From: Gemmatales bacterium
GTDB lineage: Bacteria > Planctomycetota > Planctomycetia > Gemmatales > HRBIN36
NCBI GenBank assembly: GCA_041640595.1
Contig: JBEPZY010000003.1
Span: 476,342 to 540,341 of the forward strand
Length of the DNA: 64,000 bases
Reading direction: 5' to 3'
The notes beneath the pieces are model-generated. The model was not told where the DNA came from. It searched no databases and was given only the letters and a program-made list of their open reading frames with translations. How positions within the stretch are numbered: the stretch's first letter is position 1; the number at the start of each line of letters is the position of its first letter. Shown here piece by piece: positions 19,976 through 30,286 of this stretch. The translations under genes and the position numbers were made by a program.

Positions 19976-22900
19976 TCACTGCCGCGACAATCCATGTATA
20001 GATTCTGGCTCTAAATCTGCGTGTTGATCGCCTGCACTAAGTGTGTGCAGTTTCAGCCACCTTGCACGCCGAACCCAATAAAACCGCACCGGTAAGAATA
20101 TGTCAACCACTTCGTCGGCAATTAATAGCCCACCCAGAACCGGCAGCGCCATCGGCGCCAGGATTTCCCCGCCTACTCCTTGTGTAAACACCATCGGAAA
20201 AATGGCCAGAATGGATACGCCTTCGGTCAAAAGTTTCGGTCGCAGGCGGTGAGCCGCTCCTTCAATCACGGCCTCGCGCAATTCTTCCAGGGACTTGATT
20301 TTTTCCAAACCTCCACGCCTTTCTATAGCATCTCGCAGGTACACCAGCATAATAATCCCTGTTTCCGTTGCCATGCCGAAGCACGCAATGAATCCCACCC
20401 ATACCGCCACGCTGAAATTCATGGGCGGCGTGTTCCAACCATATAACAACTTCGGAAACAACCATAGCATAAAGACACCCCCGGCCAGCGCTTCCGGCAC
20501 CGCTAACATCATCAACGCAGCATCCACAGCATCCTTATAGGTGAAATACAGGATGATAAAGATTAGTGCAATCACCAGGGGAAAAGCGATTCGCAGCGTT
20601 TGAGCAGCACGCAACTGGTGCTCGAATTCTCCACTCCAGCTAATGGTTACTCCTTCCGGCAACATTACTTGCTGTGCTACTATCCGCTGTGCCTCCTCGA
20701 CAAACCCGACAATATCCCTGCCCCGCACGTTGAGCGTTACCGTATTGTAGAGCCGGCCATTTTCGCTCTTGATCATCACTGGCCCTTCCACAATTTTGAC
20801 CTCAGCCACCGCACCAAGAGGAATTACACTTGGCGCAGGAATCCCATGAGGTGGCACAGTACGATGCAAATCGCGGGACCCGCCTCCCTGTCCTTCGCTG
20901 GTTACTTCCGCAGTATTAGACATTTCTAAGCCGAAACTTAGGCCCATACCAGCATTACCTGCGCGGATCGGAATGTGTCGCAGGCTCTCCTCATCTTCCC
21001 GCCAGGCACGCGCCAGGCGCACTACCACAGCATAACGATTGCGCCCATCCACAATATAGGTGGATGGTCGGCTGCCCATAACGAGTTCGATCTCCCGTGC
21101 CACATCCTCGACACTCAAACCATAACGCGCCGCCCGCACCCGATCAATCTCCATTTCCACATAGCCTTTACCCACTATGGGACTAGCTATGACGTCGGCG
21201 GCTCCTGGAATTGGCTTCAGTACCGACTCTATCTCCCTGCATATCCGATCTATCGTTTCCAGATCCGGTCCGAATACCTTGATTCCGATATCCGTGCGAA
21301 CCCCCGTGGATAACATGTCAATGCGATTAATGATCGGCATGGTAAAGATATTACTCCACCCGGGCACCTGCAACACCCGTTGCATCTCATCCGCAACTAA
21401 GTCGCCATTTTTGCCACCTTGCCTCGGCCACAGCAAAACCCACTTTCTAAACGATTCCACAGCCGCTTGCTTAATCGCTATCAGCTTATCATGTGCAGGA
21501 TCGTTCCGGCCCGCTGCACTAATATCACCATCGCGTCCCATGCGAAAGTCCTGCACATGAAGATGTCCTGCATCCTGAGAAACAAGTCCCATCGGAGCAG
21601 CAAGGCGAAGCAATTCCTCAATTGCGTACCACGTAAAGATTTCTGTTCCCTGATCGAACAGCTCCCAGTTAACCCGTTCTACCTGCTCCCGCCAGGCTCT
21701 ATCCCTGAACGTGAGCAGATCAGCAAACACCAGATCAGCTAACCTCACTGGCCTGCCGGAAATCTCCTGCTTCAGCTGAACGAGGGCATACTCGAAGTGA
21801 TATTTAGTAAGCCAGCCAAGGGCCCCAGCCAACGTTAGATAGCCCGTGAGCACCACAGTAATAATCGGTACCCATACGTACCAGCGAAAAAAGATGAGCA
21901 GGCAGAGTCCTATAAACGCGACGACGGCGAGACCCGCAAAAAACTTAGTGGGTAACAATCGAAACGGATTAGCAATTGCCAGGGCGGTCGCTGGTTCCCC
22001 GACCAGGTCGCGCTGCACTAGATCATCCGCCACTCGTAACGCTAACCGATCTATATCCTCTATAGCCGGGTGCCGTGCCAACCAGATGCCATATTCTGAA
22101 GACAGCTCTTCTGTCAATTGCTCAACTAGCCGGTTCCGTATTTTCTCATCCGCTAGGTCTCTTGCGGAAAGGGCCATTCGGTCCAAAAGATCGTTCAGGC
22201 AATATTCAACAAGACGGTGTGACAAATAGTCCTCGAACTCGCGATATCGCAGCAGGGCCAGTTGCCGCATCGCTTCATCAAAGCGTTCGAGTGCCTTTTG
22301 CGTGGCCTCGTTAGTCAAGTCCTGCGTGTGCTTAGCATCGGCATCGCCGTGTAACAATCCGTGTTCCTGCAATAAGGATAAGATGTATTTGGTCTGCCGA
22401 TGGGCATCGTGAAATTTCAAGACCCGGTGGGGCCAGAACTGGCGAGGCCGAAAATTCACATAAGTTTCTACCATATCGAGCGGCGCAGGATCGGTAGGGG
22501 TATCGGCACGACCAGCCTTGCCAGCAACTGAGGCAACTTCCGGAAAACTTCGCAGCAACCCATCTCGGTGTTTGAGATCGTCAATCGCCTGGGTTATGCT
22601 GGCGCGGGGTACGGTGATCGGCATATCCATCAAGGTACCTTCATCCAGCGGCGGAATAAACTCAACACCGATCCGGTGCTTAGGGTCTATACTGTAAATC
22701 ACCAGGCCCACCAGAAGAAGTGTTATAAACGAAACACCCTGCCACAGCAGGCCTTCGGTGAATGCTACCGTAAGCAAGGTTACCACCAGGAACGTGGCAA
22801 GGAAGAAAATTCGCCAGGCAGTTTCGGAGGCTCCCAGTCCAAAAGTTGCCTGGACAGGAAAAACCCCCGCAGCCACGATCAACATTGCCGCAAACATCCA

Positions 22901-24529
22901 CATAACTAAATTCCGACGCGGCAACGCCCAGGTCAAAAAAGGTTTGTAGATGTTAATAAGACTCCGAACGATCCAGTTCTCTTCCTCGCTGCGTAGCCTT
23001 CCCTTGATAAAGATCGGTATAAGTGCAGGAACAACTGTTACGGAAATAATTGCTACGCCAACCATGGCAAAGCTTTTCGTGAAAGCTAGCGGTTGGAAAT
23101 ATTTACCTTCTCGACCACTAAGCAGGAAAACGGGAATGAAAGAGAGCAGCATAATAAGCACGGAGAAAAAGATTGGACGTCCAACCAGACGACAGGCCGC
23201 CAGGACGTATTCCGTAGTGTCACCGACTATCTTGCGATTGCCAAAGCGGTTACGCAATGTGTGTGTGGCGTTTTCCGTCATGACGATGGCCTGGTCAACT
23301 AAGACCCCTATCGAAATGGTGATACCTGCCAGGGACATAATATTCGCCTGGATATCCACGATGTTGAGCCTGCGCAGTATCCACATCGTCAGGAAAGAGA
23401 ACAAAACCGAAAGTGGCAACGTAACACAAATCACGAACACACTGCGCACATGCACAAGCACCAGCAAAATGGCCAGCGCGGCGATAAGCATTTCGTGCCA
23501 CATGACATCCGTGAGGGTATGAATCGCTCCCTCGATCAACTGAGTGCGGTCGTAAACCGGAACAATGCGCACACCCTCAGGTAAGCCCGGCTGTATTTCG
23601 CGGATTTTTTCCTTGATTGCCTCAGTTACTCGCAACGGATTCTCACGGTGCCGCATGAGTACGATCCCGCCAACCACTTCGCTACCGTTATACTCAAAAA
23701 CACTTCGACGCAGTCCGGTACCTATCTGCACGTTAGCCACCTGGCGAATATAGATAGGTACACCGTCCCGGTAAGCGACTATCGTGTTTTCGATGTCCTC
23801 TTTCCCTCGAATCCACCCGACGCCGCGGATCAGGTATTCGGCATTGTTTTTTTGTACCACATGGCTTCCAGCGGGCATGTTGGCTTTACTTAGTGCTACA
23901 TTTAGATCGCTCAGAGTCAGACCATAGAGGCGGAGCTTTTCCGAAACCACTTCCACCTGATACTCTAGAGGCGCACCACCTAGGGCTGCTACCTGAGCTA
24001 CTCCGGGCACGGAATTAATCTGGGGAATGACATAGAACTTATTGACGGCCCACAAAGTCCCAGGGTCCTGTGGATGCAACGGGCTGGGTACCAATGCATA
24101 GGCGAAGATTTGGCCGACGGCAGTTGCGTCGGGAGCCAGCTGCGGTACCACTCCCGGAGGCAGGATGGTACTGCCGCGTATTTCATCCAGTTTCTCAAGA
24201 ACCCGCTGCCGGGCGAAGTAAAAATCCACGCCATCCTCGAACACTATAGTGATCATAGAAAATCCAAACTCCGATGATGAACGAATCGCCCGCACACCTG
24301 CCAGTCCCTGTAGTTTTAGCGATAGTGGATAGGTGACCTGATCCTCGATTTCCCTGGGACTGCGACCTATCCATTCCGTAAAGACAATTACCTGATTCTC
24401 GCTAAGATCGGGAATGGCATCGATCGGGGTTTGCAGAACAGCATAGATAGCCCACACGGTGAGTACAGCCGCCACTAATAACACGATCACGCGGTTCCGT
24501 ATTGAGTATTCAATGACGCGTTCTATCAT
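19976..24529 (-). CDS. cusA: CusA/CzcA-family heavy-metal RND efflux permease, unusually long (~1517 aa)
   Basis: DAIPDLSENQVIVFT, ANIMSLAGITISIG, TDPAPLDM, NRIDMLSTG and RLRPKLLT motifs; AGGAGG before ATG 24529. Confidence 0.93.
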   Translation of the reverse strand: MIERVIEYSIRNRVIVLLVAAVLTVWAIYAVLQTPIDAIPDLSENQVIVFTEWIGRSPREIEDQVTYPLSLKLQGLAGVRAIRSSSEFGFSMITIVFEDGVDFYFARQRVLEKLDEIRGSTILPPGVVPQLAPDATAVGQIFAYALVPSPLHPQDPGTLWAVNKFYVIPQINSVPGVAQVAALGGAPLEYQVEVVSEKLRLYGLTLSDLNVALSKANMPAGSHVVQKNNAEYLIRGVGWIRGKEDIENTIVAYRDGVPIYIRQVANVQIGTGLRRSVFEYNGSEVVGGIVLMRHRENPLRVTEAIKEKIREIQPGLPEGVRIVPVYDRTQLIEGAIHTLTDVMWHEMLIAALAILLVLVHVRSVFVICVTLPLSVLFSFLTMWILRRLNIVDIQANIMSLAGITISIGVLVDQAIVMTENATHTLRNRFGNRKIVGDTTEYVLAACRLVGRPIFFSVLIMLLSFIPVFLLSGREGKYFQPLAFTKSFAMVGVAIISVTVVPALIPIFIKGRLRSEEENWIVRSLINIYKPFLTWALPRRNLVMWMFAAMLIVAAGVFPVQATFGLGASETAWRIFFLATFLVVTLLTVAFTEGLLWQGVSFITLLLVGLVIYSIDPKHRIGVEFIPPLDEGTLMDMPITVPRASITQAIDDLKHRDGLLRSFPEVASVAGKAGRADTPTDPAPLDMVETYVNFRPRQFWPHRVLKFHDAHRQTKYILSLLQEHGLLHGDADAKHTQDLTNEATQKALERFDEAMRQLALLRYREFEDYLSHRLVEYCLNDLLDRMALSARDLADEKIRNRLVEQLTEELSSEYGIWLARHPAIEDIDRLALRVADDLVQRDLVGEPATALAIANPFRLLPTKFFAGLAVVAFIGLCLLIFFRWYVWVPIITVVLTGYLTLAGALGWLTKYHFEYALVQLKQEISGRPVRLADLVFADLLTFRDRAWREQVERVNWELFDQGTEIFTWYAIEELLRLAAPMGLVSQDAGHLHVQDFRMGRDGDISAAGRNDPAHDKLIAIKQAAVESFRKWVLLWPRQGGKNGDLVADEMQRVLQVPGWSNIFTMPIINRIDMLSTGVRTDIGIKVFGPDLETIDRICREIESVLKPIPGAADVIASPIVGKGYVEMEIDRVRAARYGLSVEDVAREIELVMGSRPSTYIVDGRNRYAVVVRLARAWREDEESLRHIPIRAGNAGMGLSFGLEMSNTAEVTSEGQGGGSRDLHRTVPPHGIPAPSVIPLGAVAEVKIVEGPVMIKSENGRLYNTVTLNVRGRDIVGFVEEAQRIVAQQVMLPEGVTISWSGEFEHQLRAAQTLRIAFPLVIALIFIILYFTYKDAVDAALMMLAVPEALAGGVFMLWLFPKLLYGWNTPPMNFSVAVWVGFIACFGMATETGIIMLVYLRDAIERRGGLEKIKSLEELREAVIEGAAHRLRPKLLTEGVSILAIFPMVFTQGVGGEILAPMALPVLGGLLIADEVVDIFLPVRFYWVRRARWLKLHTLSAGDQHADLEPESIHGLSRQ

Positions 24530-24560
24530 GGCTATCCTCCTGAGCGCGGCGATGAATTCA

Positions 24561-26432
24561 TCATGGTCGAGAACGCTGTTCCTGCTGGCGCAGTTTCCGA
24601 ACTGTGGCCACCGTTTGTTGTGGATGTTTGCGGGCTTCTTCCACGCAACCAGAGCAACATAAGAAGACCGGCTCTCCATCGAGGATGATCTTGACTGGTG
24701 GTCCCATACTGCCGAGGCGGTTCTGCTGCTGAATAGGACAGTAGCGCTGGCGAGCAGCTAATTCACGATCGGCCTGACGGGGTAGTTTCGCCAGGTTCGC
24801 GCGAATCCATGCTTCTTCGTCATGCGCGGATGAAATGTGAACGCTCTCCTGCTGGTGGTGGCGATGCTGCAGACCGGCGGCACCGAAATATAGAGATGCC
24901 GCAGCCGGATTCAGGCGGGTCTCCGCATCCAGCAGGAATGAGCCGGCGGTAACAATAAGATCATCAGCTTCTAAGCCTGCCAACACCGGGTAATAGCCAA
25001 CACCCTGTTCATCTTCCATGCGTGGCCCTAATTGCACTAATACGGCTTCATATAGTCCCGGGCCGATTTGCCGATACACTATCTTCTGGCGACCGGTGTC
25101 AATTACCGCTAATTCAGGGACAGCCAGTAAATAACCGTGATGCAGAAGCGTCAGGTTTCCAGCAGCCCAGATGGTCGAAGGAAGCGTTGTCAGTTCGGAT
25201 AAAGGGGCGGCTGGAACCATCGAGTCCAGGAGATTAGATACGGCCAGGATCAGGGCATTACGTACTGCGACATGCTGCTGGAGTAAAGGAATCTGCCGGG
25301 GCAGAATGTTTAGTTCCACGCGGGCCGAGGTTCCCGGCCGGAGCTTATGCTGAGGATTGGGAATTTCGTAGCGGACGCGTATGGTACGAGTGTTCCAATC
25401 CAAGTGTGGGTGAATAAAGGTAAGAAGACCGGCAAATCGCTCCTCGCCCGTAGCCTGAGTCGTCGCCACTACCGGCAGGGCAAGTTGGCGGGCTTTTTCC
25501 TGGCGATGGAATACCTCCTGGGGCGGCAGATAAACTAAATCCGTCTCGTAAACCTGCCCTTCAATCCACACTGTAGAAAGGTCGGCGACATCATAAATGG
25601 GAGCGCCTTCCTCGACATACTGGCCTTCCCTGACATAACGAGTAATTACATGGCCTTCTATAGGGGAACGGATTTTTAGATGGGTGATCGGCTGATCCTG
25701 GCGAAGAATAGCGGCGATCTGATCCTCGTCAATGCCCCAGAGGCGGAGTCGCTCGAAGGCAGTCTGATAGAGGAATTGATTGCCGCTGCGTTTGGCTTCT
25801 AACAGGTTTTGTGAGGTAACGATTAACTCCGGGCTATAGAGCAATGCCAGGTCGTCGCCGGCGTGAACCATCTGTCCGGTCTGGTTAATATAGAGCTTAT
25901 CAAGACGGCCCTTGACGCGGGCGGCAATCTGTCGGAGCGCACGTTCATCGAATTCGACATAACCGAGGGTGGTAATAGTTTTATTCAGGCGGATATAGGC
26001 AACGGGCCAGGTGCGAATGCCGGCGAGGATGACACGATAAGGCGAGAGTTGCACCCGACTCAGCACCCCGGGCGGCAGGGGTTCGGGTAAGTGAAGACTC
26101 TTTTTGCGTCGGGCCAGGGGCATGTGACAGATAGGACATTCGCCGGGTTGATCGCGAACCACGTTCGGATGCATAGGGCAAAACCATTCCTGCTCGGCTG
26201 CGGTGTCCGCAACTGCGGGAGACGGGCGCGTCCATTTGCGATAGTACCCGACCAGGACATCCCAGTAAATGATCACCACGCCGATCAAAATCAGGAGCAA
26301 AATGAACCGGAGCCGGGCAAGGTTGACGAGCAAGACAAACTGAAGCCAGTACCGCCAACCCCGGCGAGGCGGTTGATCAGCTGGCATAGGATGCTGCACA
26401 GGTTGCAAAGGTTGCGAGAATGTGTCGGACAT
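24561..26432 (-). CDS. cusB: CusB-like RND periplasmic adaptor with metal-binding terminal domains
   Basis: CPMHP..CPICHM metal-binding motif; MFP core (LYSPEL, DVADLSTVW, KLRPG); C-terminal YCPI..LGSMGPP..CCSGC. Confidence 0.9.
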   Translation of the reverse strand: MSDTFSQPLQPVQHPMPADQPPRRGWRYWLQFVLLVNLARLRFILLLILIGVVIIYWDVLVGYYRKWTRPSPAVADTAAEQEWFCPMHPNVVRDQPGECPICHMPLARRKKSLHLPEPLPPGVLSRVQLSPYRVILAGIRTWPVAYIRLNKTITTLGYVEFDERALRQIAARVKGRLDKLYINQTGQMVHAGDDLALLYSPELIVTSQNLLEAKRSGNQFLYQTAFERLRLWGIDEDQIAAILRQDQPITHLKIRSPIEGHVITRYVREGQYVEEGAPIYDVADLSTVWIEGQVYETDLVYLPPQEVFHRQEKARQLALPVVATTQATGEERFAGLLTFIHPHLDWNTRTIRVRYEIPNPQHKLRPGTSARVELNILPRQIPLLQQHVAVRNALILAVSNLLDSMVPAAPLSELTTLPSTIWAAGNLTLLHHGYLLAVPELAVIDTGRQKIVYRQIGPGLYEAVLVQLGPRMEDEQGVGYYPVLAGLEADDLIVTAGSFLLDAETRLNPAAASLYFGAAGLQHRHHQQESVHISSAHDEEAWIRANLAKLPRQADRELAARQRYCPIQQQNRLGSMGPPVKIILDGEPVFLCCSGCVEEARKHPQQTVATVRKLRQQEQRSRP

Positions 26433-26630
26433 GGTATTTCTCCCGAAGAAGCGTCCTGCGGCTAAACGCCGTCAGGCATTCGGAGCAGTCAGGGGCTGGT
26501 GTTCACCATGCGGGCTGGTTACAGGCTGGACGGATGCCCCACGTGCATTTGTTTTGCTGATCACGCGCAGGCGAAACAGTCCACGCGCGAACGGCGGGTG
26601 GGCGGTGATTACCTAGTTCAACAAAATGGA

Positions 26631-27149
26631 CTACAGGCGGAGGAAATGTAACAGGAGGACGAGGGTTGTGCCAGGATGAACCGACTCCCTGGTTTCCAAT
26701 AACCAGGAGCCGGAAAGCATGTTTCCCGCGAGCCAGGGAGTGACACTTTCCGACCAGGACGAAGCAGCGGGTTCCTGGAGGGAGAAGAAATTTTTCGGAG
26801 CAAATCCCGCGGCCAGCACAACGTTTTTCAGGCACAGCGGGCGGGTCGGAAGCTGAACGGGTGCGGAGGAGCCAGTCTGGTCGGCGTCAGGCTGGCAGAG
26901 AGGACAGGCCCAGTGGGAAGACTTCGCCCTGGCAAGCGAAGCTGGCGGCAAGTCCTGGCAGCAAGCGTTGGGGCAGCAGCAACGCGGGGAACTGTCCACG
27001 GACTGAGCGATGGGGCGAGCGCTACCGTAGGGACAGAGGCAATGGAAACGTGGCCAGCTGCCCATCAGCGTCGCCACCACACTCAGGTACACGACAGCTA
27101 CGTGCAAGAGATTTTTCCGGCAACGCATCATCCCTATTATAGGGCACAA
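26631..27149 (-). CDS. Cys-rich exported hypothetical protein upstream of cusBA
   Basis: Hydrophobic N-terminus; CLC, CCCPNACC and CPLC clusters; co-oriented with cusB. Confidence 0.65.
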   Translation of the reverse strand: MCPIIGMMRCRKNLLHVAVVYLSVVATLMGSWPRFHCLCPYGSARPIAQSVDSSPRCCCPNACCQDLPPASLARAKSSHWACPLCQPDADQTGSSAPVQLPTRPLCLKNVVLAAGFAPKNFFSLQEPAASSWSESVTPWLAGNMLSGSWLLETRESVHPGTTLVLLLHFLRL

Positions 27150-27204
27150 AATGCCCTTCCGGTGTGTCGATGCCGACCTGGAGCGGAAAATAAGAGAAAA
27201 GGGC

Positions 27205-27233
27205 TTGTCGGCAGGGAGCGACCTTCGTAGATT
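27205..27233 (+). promoter_or_regulatory. Putative sigma70 promoter of the rpmJ-rplQ operon
   Basis: TTGTCG-17 nt-TAGATT preceded by an A-rich tract (AAAATAAGAGAAAA), ~90 nt upstream of rpmJ. Confidence 0.5.
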
Positions 27234-27319
27234 ATTTCGTCCGCGCTGGCAAAAAGGCCAAGCCGCGGCATTAGACGCGTGTGGATCAGCCGTGTGTGGC
27301 CAGTGCGGAGGAGATTGCC

Positions 27320-27433
27320 ATGAAGGTTCGAGCCAGCGTCAAACGCATGTGTGAGAATTGCAAGATTGTCCGCCGCAAAGGCGTGGTGCGCGTGATCTGC
27401 ACCAATCCACGCCACAAACAGCGGCAGGGATGA
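27320..27433 (+). CDS. rpmJ: 50S ribosomal protein L36 (zinc-ribbon form); absent from the ORF track
   Basis: Read directly from the [50 protein letters not shown]. Confidence 0.98.
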   Translation: MKVRASVKRMCENCKIVRRKGVVRVICTNPRHKQRQG

Positions 27434-27489
27434 AGCCGGAACCGGCTAAGGGTACGCCGTGACCGATTGCCGGAGAGCGAGGAAAAATT

Positions 27490-27876
27490 ATGCCGCGTGT
27501 GCTAGGCGTTGACATTCCTGGAGAGAAGGCGCTGCACATCGCCTTACGGTACATTTATGGCATCGGGCCAACCACCGCACTGGAAGTGTGTGAAAAGGCG
27601 GGAATAGACCCGCTGCGCAAGGCCAAAGACCTCAACGACGACGAACTGAGTCGCATCAGCGGTATTATTGACCGCGAATATGTGGTGGAAGGTCAGTTGC
27701 GGCGGCAAATCCAGCAAAACATTGCCCGGTTGAAAGATATCCAGTGCTATCGGGGAATTCGCCATCGGCGCGGTTTGCCGGTGCGGGGCCAGCGTACCCG
27801 AACCAATGCACGCACCCGCAAAGGACCCCGGAAGACGGTTGCCGGGAAGAAAGGTGTCAAGGAATTGCGTGGCTAG
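27490..27876 (+). CDS. rpsM: 30S ribosomal protein S13
   Basis: [36 protein letters not shown]. Confidence 0.98.
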   Translation: MPRVLGVDIPGEKALHIALRYIYGIGPTTALEVCEKAGIDPLRKAKDLNDDELSRISGIIDREYVVEGQLRRQIQQNIARLKDIQCYRGIRHRRGLPVRGQRTRTNARTRKGPRKTVAGKKGVKELRG

Positions 27877-27940
27877 CCGCTCCGGAAGCGCACCCCAGTA
27901 GCGGTCGCTTCGCTGGGATAAAAACTCTGGGAAGGGAGCC

Positions 27941-28321
27941 ATGGCCAAGGGAAAAAAGAAAAAGGCCAAACGTCACGTCACGCGAGGCATCGCCCATATC
28001 AAGGCGACTTTCAATAATACCATCGTCACCATCACTGACCCGAACGGTGATGTCGTCTGCTGGGCATCCGCAGGAACGGCTGGGTTTAAGGGGAGTCGCA
28101 AGAGTACGCCGTTCGCTGCCCAGCGTGCTGCCGAGATGGCTGCGGAAAAAGCCAAGAAGCTCGGCATGCGCGAACTGGAAGTGCGTGTCAAGGGAGCTGG
28201 GGCAGGACGAGAATCGGCGATTACCGCTCTGCAAACGGCTGGGCTGGAAATCAAAGCCATCGCGGATGTGACGCCGATTCCGCATAACGGTTGCCGACCT
28301 CCCAAACGCCGACGTGTATAA
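27941..28321 (+). CDS. rpsK: 30S ribosomal protein S11
   Basis: [22 protein letters not shown] and [18 protein letters not shown] motifs. Confidence 0.98.
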   Translation: MAKGKKKKAKRHVTRGIAHIKATFNNTIVTITDPNGDVVCWASAGTAGFKGSRKSTPFAAQRAAEMAAEKAKKLGMRELEVRVKGAGAGRESAITALQTAGLEIKAIADVTPIPHNGCRPPKRRRV

Positions 28322-28393
28322 TATTGGCCGCCTTGCCGACACATAGCAAAACTGGGTGCGGCGACATTTTCGACAAACCAACAGGAAATCCGT

Positions 28394-29038
28394 ATGGGAC
28401 GCTACCTCGACGCCGTCTGTAAATTGTGCCGACGCGAAGGCAAAAAACTTTACCTCAAGGGCAGCCGCTGCTATTCCCCCAAGTGTGCCATCGAGCGGCG
28501 GAATTATCCGCCGGGCATGCACAATCGGCGAACCAAACTGAGCGAGTATGGCCTGCGGCTCCGGGAAAAGCAACGGCTCAAGCGATTTTATGGCGTCTCC
28601 CAGCGTCAGTTCGAACGCATCTTCGACATTGCTTCGCGTTCCAAGGAAAACACCGGCGAAATGTTACTGACGCTCATGGAGAGGCGGCTGGACAATATCG
28701 TGCATCGGCTGGGCTGGGCGGTGAGCCGACGGGCCGCTCGTCAGATGGTGGCTCACGGGCACATCAAAGTAAACGGTCGCCGCGTGGATATTCCCAGCTA
28801 CCTGGTCAACGTCAACGACGAGATCACCCTGCGACCATCGGCGAAGACCCTGCAGATGGTGAAAGATGCCCTGAGCCAGATGTCGGCAAATCAGCCTCCG
28901 GCTTTTCTGGAAGTTAGCAATGGTGAGAACCCGCGAGCCAAGGTAGTCCGGTTGCCGACCTACGAGGACGTGGATCCCAGGATCACGCGCGAAATTGAAA
29001 TCAACCCGCAACTCATCATCGAATTCACCACCCGCTAA
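28394..29038 (+). CDS. rpsD: 30S ribosomal protein S4
   Basis: CKLCRREG, SEYGLRLREKQ, ERRLDN and VDIPSY motifs. Confidence 0.97.
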   Translation: MGRYLDAVCKLCRREGKKLYLKGSRCYSPKCAIERRNYPPGMHNRRTKLSEYGLRLREKQRLKRFYGVSQRQFERIFDIASRSKENTGEMLLTLMERRLDNIVHRLGWAVSRRAARQMVAHGHIKVNGRRVDIPSYLVNVNDEITLRPSAKTLQMVKDALSQMSANQPPAFLEVSNGENPRAKVVRLPTYEDVDPRITREIEINPQLIIEFTTR

Positions 29039-29213
29039 GCTGCTGCGAGAGCGATTCGGTCTTGAGCGTTGGGGTGGAATCTGGTAGAGCGAAAAAGCGA
29101 CAACGCTCTCAGCGTTGTCTCAGGGAATTGCCTTGGGGGCCAACGAAACGGCGGATGCAGGCTCGCTCTGTAGAGGCCCCGGCGAGCGAGACAATCCGCG
29201 GAGGGTAAAACGT

Positions 29214-30215
29214 ATGCGGATTCGCTGGCGCGGTTTGGAGCTTCCCAGCAAGCTCACTTGTGATCGAACAACCCTGACCGATACCTACGGCAAATTCTAC
29301 TGCGAGCCCTTTGAACCGGGCTTTGCCGTAACCATAGGGAACAGTCTGCGGCGGGTGTTGCTTTCCAGCCTGGAAGGAAGCGCGGTTACGCGCGTCAAGA
29401 TTGAGGGAGTAGCCCACGAAATTACCACCATTCCCGGCGTGGTGGAAGATGTAACCGACATCATCCTCAACATCAAAAGCCTGGTGGTCAAAAACACCAG
29501 CGACCAGCCGCAAACCATTTACATTCGCCGGGAAGAACGTGGGATCGTCCGTGCCGCGGACATCATCACCACCGAATCGGTGCACATTATCAACCCGGAA
29601 CACATTATTGCCACGTTGACCGAAGATGTTCGCTTCAACGTGGAAATGACCGTGGAAAACGGCCGTGGTTACCGCACTGCCGAGGAAAACGCCGGGAAGG
29701 ATCGGGAAATCGGCGTGATTCCGCTCGACGCCAGTTTTTCGCCGGTCGTGCGTGTGCGGTTCAGCACCGAGGAAACGCGGGTGGGTCAGCGCACCAATTA
29801 CGAACGGCTCATTCTGGAAATCTGGACGAATGGTACGATCACTCCGCAACTGGCTATCGTCGAGGCTGCCAAAATCCTCCGCAAGCATCTCAACCCATTT
29901 ATCGAGTACACTGACCTGGGCCCGGAAGTGCCTGCCGTAGAGGAACACGCCGAGGCACCCTCGGGGCCGTTCGTGGACCTCGAACTGATGCGCAAGCTCG
30001 ACATGAGCACCTCGGAGTTCGGCCTGGACTTGCGAGTGTGCAATACCCTGGAATCGCACGGCATCCTGACTATTCGCGATCTCGTCGCTCATACCGAGGA
30101 TGAGCTGCTGCAGATTCGCAATTTCGGAGAGACGACGCTGAAGTACGTCAAGGATAAACTGGCCGAAGCCGGGCTCCATCTGGGCATGAAAGTACCCGGA
30201 GCCCGCACCAGCTGA
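29214..30215 (+). CDS. rpoA: RNA polymerase alpha subunit
   Basis: [41 protein letters not shown] and IRNFGET motifs. Confidence 0.98.
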   Translation: MRIRWRGLELPSKLTCDRTTLTDTYGKFYCEPFEPGFAVTIGNSLRRVLLSSLEGSAVTRVKIEGVAHEITTIPGVVEDVTDIILNIKSLVVKNTSDQPQTIYIRREERGIVRAADIITTESVHIINPEHIIATLTEDVRFNVEMTVENGRGYRTAEENAGKDREIGVIPLDASFSPVVRVRFSTEETRVGQRTNYERLILEIWTNGTITPQLAIVEAAKILRKHLNPFIEYTDLGPEVPAVEEHAEAPSGPFVDLELMRKLDMSTSEFGLDLRVCNTLESHGILTIRDLVAHTEDELLQIRNFGETTLKYVKDKLAEAGLHLGMKVPGARTS

Positions 30216-30286
30216 TACACGGAAAGGCAAGTCCAGCTGGCCTCGGTCGGTCATGCGAATGCTGGGCGTCAACCGGAGAATTCACC

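Noticed and set aside
24530..24679. Extended N-termini in the ORF track (cusA from 24679, permease from 54952, ABC ATPase from 55707, rpoA from 29115, GT9 from 2549)
   Set aside because: Downstream ATGs match family N-termini, mostly with an RBS or ATGA coupling; several extensions overlap neighbouring genes
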